Part shown: one piece after another, positions 57,573-64,000 of the stretch
Position numbering within the stretch: position 1 is the stretch's first letter
How the letters are laid out: every line of letters begins with the position of its first letter
From: an uncultured Pseudomonadota bacterium
GTDB lineage: Bacteria > Pseudomonadota > Alphaproteobacteria > JACZXZ01
Direction: 5' to 3'
Length of the DNA stretch: 64,000 nt
Assembly: GCA_963749075.1 (NCBI GenBank)
Contig: CAVVLJ010000017.1
Coordinates: 768,001-832,000 of the forward strand
Made by a program: the position numbers and the translations under genes
The notes under the pieces: model-generated
Database searches by the model: none
Seen by the model: the letters and a program-made list of their open reading frames with translations, nothing else
Told to the model about the DNA's origin: nothing

Positions 57573-60500
57573 CTATTCCCCGGGCGCCGGCTGCGGGCCC
57601 CTCTTGAAGTAGCGCGGACGCCAGCGTTGCCATAGCTCGTGGCCCCAGAGCCGGAAACGGTCGAGGTAGAGATAGACCACCGGCGTCGTGTAGAGCGTGA
57701 GGACCTGGCTCAGCAGCAGGCCGCCGACGATGGAGATGCCGAGCGGCTGGCGCAGCTCCGAGCCCTCGCCCAAGCCGAGCGCCAAGGGAAGTGCGCCCAG
57801 GAGTGCTGCCATGGTGGTCATCATGATCGGACGGAAGCGCAGGAGGCAGGCCTGATAGATGGCCTCGCGCGCGTCGAGCTTCAGCGTGCGCTCGGCGTCG
57901 AGCGCGAAGTCGATCATCATGATCGCGTTCTTCTTGACGATGCCGATCAGGAGGATGACGCCGATGAGGGAGATGATGCTGAACTCGGTGCCGGTGACGA
58001 GGAGCGCCAGCACCGCACCGACCCCGGCCGAGGGCAGCGTCGAGAGGATGGTGATGGGATGGACGTAGCTCTCGTAGAGGATGCCGAGCACGATATAGAC
58101 GGCCGCGATCGCCGCCACGATCAGGATCGGCTCGTTGGCGATGGACTGCTGGAACACCTGCGCCGTCCCCTGGAAGCTGCCGTGGATGGTGCTCGGCATG
58201 CCGATCTCGTTCATCGCCCGGTTGACGGCGGCGACCGCATCGCTGAGCGCCTTGCCGGGCGCCAGATTGAACGAGATCGTGCTGGCCACGAACAGCCCCT
58301 GGTGGTTCACCGCGAGCGGCGTCTTTCCCGGCTCGTAGTGGCTGAAGGCGGCGAGCGGCACCATGGCCTCCGAGGCCGTGCTGACGGGCGCTCCGGTCGA
58401 GGCGCTGCTTTTGCCCGAGGCGGCGAGCTGGTTCATGGCCAGGTTGCGCGCCGCGTCCATGGCGACGCTCGCGGCGTTCGAAGCCTGGCTTGAGGCGCTC
58501 GCGGCCGTGCTCCGCGTCACGGTTCCGGCGACCGCGTTGGTCGACTGCACGCCGCCCACGGAGCCTCCCGACGTGCTCACGTAGATCTCCTTCAGCGCCT
58601 GCGGGTCCTGCCAGAAATTCGGCGCCAGCTCCATGACGACGTGGTACTGGTTCAAGGGATTGTAGATGGTCGATACCTGGCGCTGGCCGAAGGCGTCGTA
58701 GAGCGTGTTGTCGATCTGGCTCGCCGTGACGCCGAGGCGCGCGGCGGTGGGACGGTCGATCACCAGATCCGTCTCCAGGCCGTTCTGCTGCTGATCGGAG
58801 TTCACGTCGGTCAGGACCGGCTCGTGCTGCAGCGCGTCGGTCAGCTTGGGCGCCCAGGTGTAGAGGTCCTGGAGGCTGTCGGCCTGGAGCGTGAACTGGT
58901 ACTGGGCGTTGCTCTGCCGGCCGCCGACGCGGATGTCCTGCACCGCCTGGAGGAAGAGCACCGCACCGGGGACCTGGCTGAGCTCGCGGCGCAGCCGCCC
59001 GACCACCTGATCCGCCGAGAGCCGCCGCTCGGACAACGGCTTCAGCGACACGAAGACGAAGCCCGAATTCGTCTGGCCGCCGCCCGTGAAGCCGACCACG
59101 CTCTGGACGGCGGTGTCCTTCTTCACGATGGAAATGAACTGCGTGAGCTTCTGGCGCATCAGCTGGAAGGAGATGCTCTGGTCGGCCTGCAGGCCGCCGA
59201 TGAGCCGGCCGGTGTCCTGCTGCGGGAAGAAGCCCTTGGGGATGATGGCGAAGAGCAGGAAGTTCAGGCCGACGACCGCGAGCAGCACCAGCATGGTGAG
59301 GCGCGGGTGATTGAGCGCCGGACCGAGCGTGCGCTCGTAGGCGCGCAGCACGGCGTCGAACACGCGCTCGCTCGCCCGGCTCAGCCAGCCCGGCTCGCGC
59401 CTCGTGCGCCTGGTCGGCAGGCGCGCGCACATCATCGGCGTCGTGGTCAGCGACACCACGAGCGACACCAGGATGGCGATCGACAGCGTCATGGCGAACT
59501 CGCGGAAGAGCCGCCCGATGATGCCGCCCATGAGGAGGATGGGAATGAACACCGCCACCAGCGACAGGCTCATCGACAGCACGGTGAAGCCGACCTCGCG
59601 GGCGCCCCTCAGCGCCGCCTCGAACCTCGGCACGCCCGCCTCGACGTGGCGGGTCACGTTCTCGAGCACGACGATGGCGTCGTCCACCACGAAGCCGGTC
59701 GCCACGGTGAGCGCCATCAGCGAGAGATTGTCGAGGCTGTAGCCGAGCATGTACATGATGCCGAAGGTGCCGATGAGCGATACCGGCACGGCGACGCTCG
59801 GCACCAGCGTCGTGCGCCAGTCGCGCAGGAAGAAGTAGACGACCAGGATGACCAGCGAGATCGCGATGAGGAGCGTGCGCTCGACGTCGTGGAGCGAGGC
59901 GCGGATGGTGGTCGAGCGGTCCAGCGCCACCGTTATGTCGATGTCGCTGGCGATCGACGCCTGGAGTTGCGGCACGAGCCCCAGCACCCGGTCCACGGCA
60001 TCGATGATGTTGGCGCCCGGCTCGCGGTAGAGGATCACCAGCACCGCCGGCCGGCCGTTCGCGATGCCGGCGTTCCGCAGGTTCTCGACGGAGTCGCTCA
60101 CGTCGCCCAGGTCCGAGAGGCGCACCGCGGCGCCGTTGCGGTAGGCGACCACGAGCGAGCTGTAGTCCTCGGCCTTGCGCGCCTGATCGTTGGCGTAGAT
60201 CTGGTAGTGCTCGATGCCCTCCTCCACCGCCCCTTTCGGGCTGTGGGCGTTGGCCGAGGAGAGTGCTGCGCGCACGTCCTCGAGCCCGATGCCGTATTTG
60301 AAGAGCGGGCCGGGATTGAGCTCGACGCGGACCGCCGGGAGGGAGCTTCCGCCGATGGTCACCTGTCCGATGCCCTCGACCTGCGACAGCCTCTGGGCGA
60401 GCACGGTCGAGGCGGCGTCGTAGAGCTGGCCCTGGGTCTGCGTGCTCGAGGTCAGCGCCAGGATGAGGATCGGCGCGTCGGCCGGATTGACCTTGCGATA

Positions 60501-60884
60501 TGTCGGGTTGCTCCGGAGGCTCGAGGGCAGGTCCGCGTGCGCCGCGTTGATGGCGGCCTGGACGTCGCGCGCGGCGCCGTTGATGTCCCGGTCGAGACCG
60601 AACTGCAGCGTGATGCGCGTCGATCCCACGGTGCTCGAAGACGTCATCTCGGTCACGTCGGCGATCTGGCCGAGATGGCGCTCGAGCGGCGTCGCCACGC
60701 TGGTCGACACCACCTCCGGGCTGGCGCCCGGCAGCACGGCCTGCACCGAGATGGTGGGAAAGTCGACCTGCGGCAGCGGGGCTACGGGAAGCTGGAAGAA
60801 GGCGACGCCGCCGGCCAGCGCAACGCCGATGGTCAAGAGGGTCGTGGCGACCGGCCGGCGGATGAAGGGCTCGGAGACGTTCAT
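57573..60884 (-). CDS. mdtC: RND efflux permease MdtC-like
   Basis: [38 protein letters not shown]; Ser/Ala-rich insertion. Confidence 0.9.
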   Translation of the reverse strand: MNVSEPFIRRPVATTLLTIGVALAGGVAFFQLPVAPLPQVDFPTISVQAVLPGASPEVVSTSVATPLERHLGQIADVTEMTSSSTVGSTRITLQFGLDRDINGAARDVQAAINAAHADLPSSLRSNPTYRKVNPADAPILILALTSSTQTQGQLYDAASTVLAQRLSQVEGIGQVTIGGSSLPAVRVELNPGPLFKYGIGLEDVRAALSSANAHSPKGAVEEGIEHYQIYANDQARKAEDYSSLVVAYRNGAAVRLSDLGDVSDSVENLRNAGIANGRPAVLVILYREPGANIIDAVDRVLGLVPQLQASIASDIDITVALDRSTTIRASLHDVERTLLIAISLVILVVYFFLRDWRTTLVPSVAVPVSLIGTFGIMYMLGYSLDNLSLMALTVATGFVVDDAIVVLENVTRHVEAGVPRFEAALRGAREVGFTVLSMSLSLVAVFIPILLMGGIIGRLFREFAMTLSIAILVSLVVSLTTTPMMCARLPTRRTRREPGWLSRASERVFDAVLRAYERTLGPALNHPRLTMLVLLAVVGLNFLLFAIIPKGFFPQQDTGRLIGGLQADQSISFQLMRQKLTQFISIVKKDTAVQSVVGFTGGGQTNSGFVFVSLKPLSERRLSADQVVGRLRRELSQVPGAVLFLQAVQDIRVGGRQSNAQYQFTLQADSLQDLYTWAPKLTDALQHEPVLTDVNSDQQQNGLETDLVIDRPTAARLGVTASQIDNTLYDAFGQRQVSTIYNPLNQYHVVMELAPNFWQDPQALKEIYVSTSGGSVGGVQSTNAVAGTVTRSTAASASSQASNAASVAMDAARNLAMNQLAASGKSSASTGAPVSTASEAMVPLAAFSHYEPGKTPLAVNHQGLFVASTISFNLAPGKALSDAVAAVNRAMNEIGMPSTIHGSFQGTAQVFQQSIANEPILIVAAIAAVYIVLGILYESYVHPITILSTLPSAGVGAVLALLVTGTEFSIISLIGVILLIGIVKKNAIMMIDFALDAERTLKLDAREAIYQACLLRFRPIMMTTMAALLGALPLALGLGEGSELRQPLGISIVGGLLLSQVLTLYTTPVVYLYLDRFRLWGHELWQRWRPRYFKRGPQPAPGE

Positions 60885-63800
60885 GGCGCCGGGGTCTCCC
60901 CGTGCTCCTCGCCGGCCGCACCCGAGATGCCGCGGCCGAGGCGCTGCGCCAGACGGTCGAAGGCCAGATAGATGACCGGCGTCGTGTAGAGGGTCAGGAG
61001 CTGGCTCACGATCAGGCCGCCGACGATGCTGACGCCGAGCGGATGGCGCAGCTCGGAGCCGGTGCCGGTGCCGACCATGAGCGGGAGCGCGCCTAAGAGG
61101 GCCGCCATCGTCGTCATGAGGATGGGGCGCAGCCGCAAGAGGCACGCCTGGTGGATGGCCTCGCGCGGCGGCTTGCCCTCGTTGCGCTCGGCATCGAGCG
61201 CGAAGTCGATCATCATGATGGCGTTCTTCTTGACGATGCCGATCAGGAGCACGATGCCGATGATGCCGATGATGCCGAGGTCGCTGCCGGCCACGATGAG
61301 GGCGAGGAGCGCTCCGACGCCGGCCGAGGGCAGCGTCGAGAGGATGGTGATGGGATGGATGAAGCTCTCGTAGAGCACGCCCAGCACGATGTAGACCGTC
61401 ACCACGGCGGCAAGGATGAGGAAGAGCTCGTTGTTGAGCGCGGCCTGAAAGGCGAGCATCTCGCCCTGGAAGCTGGTGAAGACGCTGGCCGGCATGCCGA
61501 TCTCCCGCTCCGCCGCCTTGATCTCGGTGACCGCGTTGCCGAGCGAGGCGCCGGGGGCGAGGTTGAACGAGACGGTGGAGGCGGGGAATTGGCCGAGGTG
61601 ATTGATCTGCAGCGGCGCCGTCTCCTCGCGTACCTGTGCGATCGCGGAGAGCGGCACCTGACCGCCGACCGCGGTCGAGGACGGCAGATAGATGGCGCCG
61701 AGATTGACGAGCGAGCCCTGGAACCTCGGTTCAGCCTCCAGGATCACGCGATACTGGTTCGACTGGGTGTAGATCGTGGAGATGATGCGCTGTCCGAAGG
61801 CGTCGTAGAGGGCGTTGTCGACGGTCGCCGGCGTGATGCCGAAGCGCGCGGCGCTGTCGCGGTCGATGTTGACGTAGGCGGTCAGCCCCTGGTTCTGCGC
61901 GTCGCTCGCCACGTCCGCGAGATCGGGGAGCTGGCTGATGCGCGCGACCAGCTTCTGCGACCAGCTCGCGAGCTCGTCGGGGTTGGCATCCTCCAGCACG
62001 AAGCGGTACTGGGTGCGGCTCACGGTGGCGTCGATGGTCAGGTCCTGCACCGGCTGCATGTAGAGCGAGATGCCGGCGACGCCTGCGATCTCCCGCTGCA
62101 GGCGGCGGATCACGGCACTCACGTCGGAGCTGCGCTCGTCGTGCGGCTTGAGATTGATGAGGAAGCGGCCGCTGTTGAGCGTCGTGTTGGTGCCGTCGAC
62201 GCCGATGAAGGAGGACAGGCTCTCCACGTCGCGGTCCTTGAGGACGGCCGCGGCCAGGGCCTCCTGGCGCTCGGCCATCGCCGCATAGGACATCGATTGC
62301 GGCGCCTCGGAGATGCCCTGGATGAGGCCGGTGTCCTGGACGGGAAAGAACCCCTTGGGGATGACGATGTAGAGGACCGTGGTGAGGACCAGGGTGCCGA
62401 CCGCGACCGCGAGCGTGAGCGGCTGGTGGTCGAGCACCCAGCCGAGCGTGCGGTCGTACTGCCGCACCAGCGCCTCGAACCATTCCCGGTTCTTGCGCTC
62501 GAAGAGCGACTCCTGCGCGGCCGTGCGGTGGCGCACGAGCTTGGCGCACATCATCGGCACGAGCGTCAGGGACACCACGGCGGAGATGAGGATGGTGACC
62601 GCGAGCGTCAGCGCGAACTCGCGGAAGAGGCGGCCCACCACGTCGCCCATGAAGAGGAGCGGGATCAGGACCGCGATCAGCGATATGGTCAGCGAGACGA
62701 TGGTGAAGCCGATCTGCTGGGAGCCCTTGAGCGCCGCCTGGAGCGGCGTGTCGCCCTCCTCGACGTAGCGCGCGATGTTCTCGATCATCACGATGGCGTC
62801 GTCGACGACGAAGCCGGTCGCGATGGTGAGCGCCATGAGCGAGAGATTGTTGAGGCTGAAGCCCAGGAGATACATGGCGCCGAAGGTGCCGACGAGGGAC
62901 AGCGGCACCGAGAGGCTGGGCATGACGGTGGCCGGAATGTTGCGCAGGAAGAGGAAGATCACCAGCACCACGAGGACGACCGCGAGCACCAGCTCGAACT
63001 CCACGTCGGCGACCGAGGCGCGGATGGTGATGGTGCGGTCGGTGAGCACGGCCACGTCGATCGCCGCGGGGAGCGAGCCCTGGAGCTGCGGCAGGAGGGC
63101 CTTGATGGCGTCCACCACCTCGATCACGTTGGCGCCCGGCTGGCGCTGCACGTTGAGGATCACCGCCGGCACGGTGTTCATCCAGGCCGCGAGCTTGGTG
63201 TTCTCGGCGCTCGACTTCACGTCGCCCACGTCGCTCAGGCGCACCGGCGCGCCGTTCTTGTAGGCGACCACCAGATCGCGGTAGTCGTCGGCGCTCTGCA
63301 GCTGGTCGTTGGCGTTGATCGTGTAGGCGCGCGTCGGTCCGTCGAAATTGCCCTTGGGCGTATTGACGTTGGCGTTGCTGATGGTGGTGCGCAGGTCGTC
63401 GATGTTGAGACCGTAGGCCGCCATCTTGCGCGGATCGAACTGCACGCGCAGCGCCGGGCGCTGGCCGCCGTTGATGCTGACCAGCCCGACCCCGGGCATC
63501 TGCGAGATCTTCTGTGCCAAGCGCGTGTTGGCCAGGTCCTCGACCTGGGGCAGCGGCAGCGTCTTCGAGGTGAGCGCCAGCGTGAGGATCGGCGCGTCGG
63601 CCGGATTGACCTTGGCATAGATGGGCGGCGCCGGCAGGTCCGACGGCAACAGGTTGCCGGCCGCGTTGATCGCCGCCTGCACCTCCTGCTCGGCCACGTC
63701 GAGGCTGAGGTCCAGGCTGAACTGCAGCGTGATCACCGAGGCGCCGGCCGAGCTGCTCGAGGTCATCTGATTGAGCCCCGGCATCTGCCCGAACTGGACC

Positions 63801-64000
63801 TCGAGCGGTGCGGTCACCGAGGAGGTGATCACGTCCGGGCTGGCGCCCGGATAGAAGGTCTGCACCTGGATGGTCGGATAGTCGACCTCGGGCAGCGCCG
63901 AGAGCGGCAGGAACTGGTAGGCGACGATGCCGACGAGGAGGATCGCCACCATGAAGAGCGAGGTGCCGACGGGCCTCAGAATGAAGGGCCGCGACGGGTT
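60881..64000 (-). CDS. mdtB: RND efflux permease MdtB-like; start codon just beyond the right edge
   Basis: (M)[49 protein letters not shown]. Confidence 0.92.
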   Translation of the reverse strand, partial: NPSRPFILRPVGTSLFMVAILLVGIVAYQFLPLSALPEVDYPTIQVQTFYPGASPDVITSSVTAPLEVQFGQMPGLNQMTSSSSAGASVITLQFSLDLSLDVAEQEVQAAINAAGNLLPSDLPAPPIYAKVNPADAPILTLALTSKTLPLPQVEDLANTRLAQKISQMPGVGLVSINGGQRPALRVQFDPRKMAAYGLNIDDLRTTISNANVNTPKGNFDGPTRAYTINANDQLQSADDYRDLVVAYKNGAPVRLSDVGDVKSSAENTKLAAWMNTVPAVILNVQRQPGANVIEVVDAIKALLPQLQGSLPAAIDVAVLTDRTITIRASVADVEFELVLAVVLVVLVIFLFLRNIPATVMPSLSVPLSLVGTFGAMYLLGFSLNNLSLMALTIATGFVVDDAIVMIENIARYVEEGDTPLQAALKGSQQIGFTIVSLTISLIAVLIPLLFMGDVVGRLFREFALTLAVTILISAVVSLTLVPMMCAKLVRHRTAAQESLFERKNREWFEALVRQYDRTLGWVLDHQPLTLAVAVGTLVLTTVLYIVIPKGFFPVQDTGLIQGISEAPQSMSYAAMAERQEALAAAVLKDRDVESLSSFIGVDGTNTTLNSGRFLINLKPHDERSSDVSAVIRRLQREIAGVAGISLYMQPVQDLTIDATVSRTQYRFVLEDANPDELASWSQKLVARISQLPDLADVASDAQNQGLTAYVNIDRDSAARFGITPATVDNALYDAFGQRIISTIYTQSNQYRVILEAEPRFQGSLVNLGAIYLPSSTAVGGQVPLSAIAQVREETAPLQINHLGQFPASTVSFNLAPGASLGNAVTEIKAAEREIGMPASVFTSFQGEMLAFQAALNNELFLILAAVVTVYIVLGVLYESFIHPITILSTLPSAGVGALLALIVAGSDLGIIGIIGIVLLIGIVKKNAIMMIDFALDAERNEGKPPREAIHQACLLRLRPILMTTMAALLGALPLMVGTGTGSELRHPLGVSIVGGLIVSQLLTLYTTPVIYLAFDRLAQRLGRGISGAAGEEHGETPAP

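Overview
High-GC window, most likely from an alphaproteobacterial chromosome (Rhodospirillales/Stellales-like; this is an inference from gene content). Core or metabolic content: a TPP-enzyme catabolic cluster, a histone-H1-like protein, a type 2 IleRS, a stand-alone tRNA-Ile(GAT), a form I aerobic CO dehydrogenase operon (coxMSL-DE), a polyamine-type ABC importer without its ATPase, a type II-like ATP-citrate lyase pair (aclBA), the N-methylglutamate methylamine genes (mgsABC, gmaS/glnT, XRE regulator), two TauD dioxygenases, several MFS pumps and an MdtBC-NodT RND pump. Small accessory modules are interspersed: hicBA with a damaged toxin, a Fic gene, an AbiEi/AbiEii pair, a caspase-FGE protein and an RHH-like + 2-TM pair. 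The most notable observations are four. (1) Two tandem TTGACA-N17-TAAACG promoters, each embedded in a different perfect 47/51-bp palindrome, lie upstream of AbiE. (2) An RHH-like + 2-TM gene pair with its own operators is a candidate unannotated toxin-antitoxin system. (3) The caspase-FGE gene has a 3' end resembling a DGR variable region, with no TR or RT in this window. (4) aclBA is bracketed by a decayed direct duplication. Several single-base frameshifts may be assembly errors. No CRISPR array or rRNA was seen. All calls come from reading the sequence and motifs; no database search was run.
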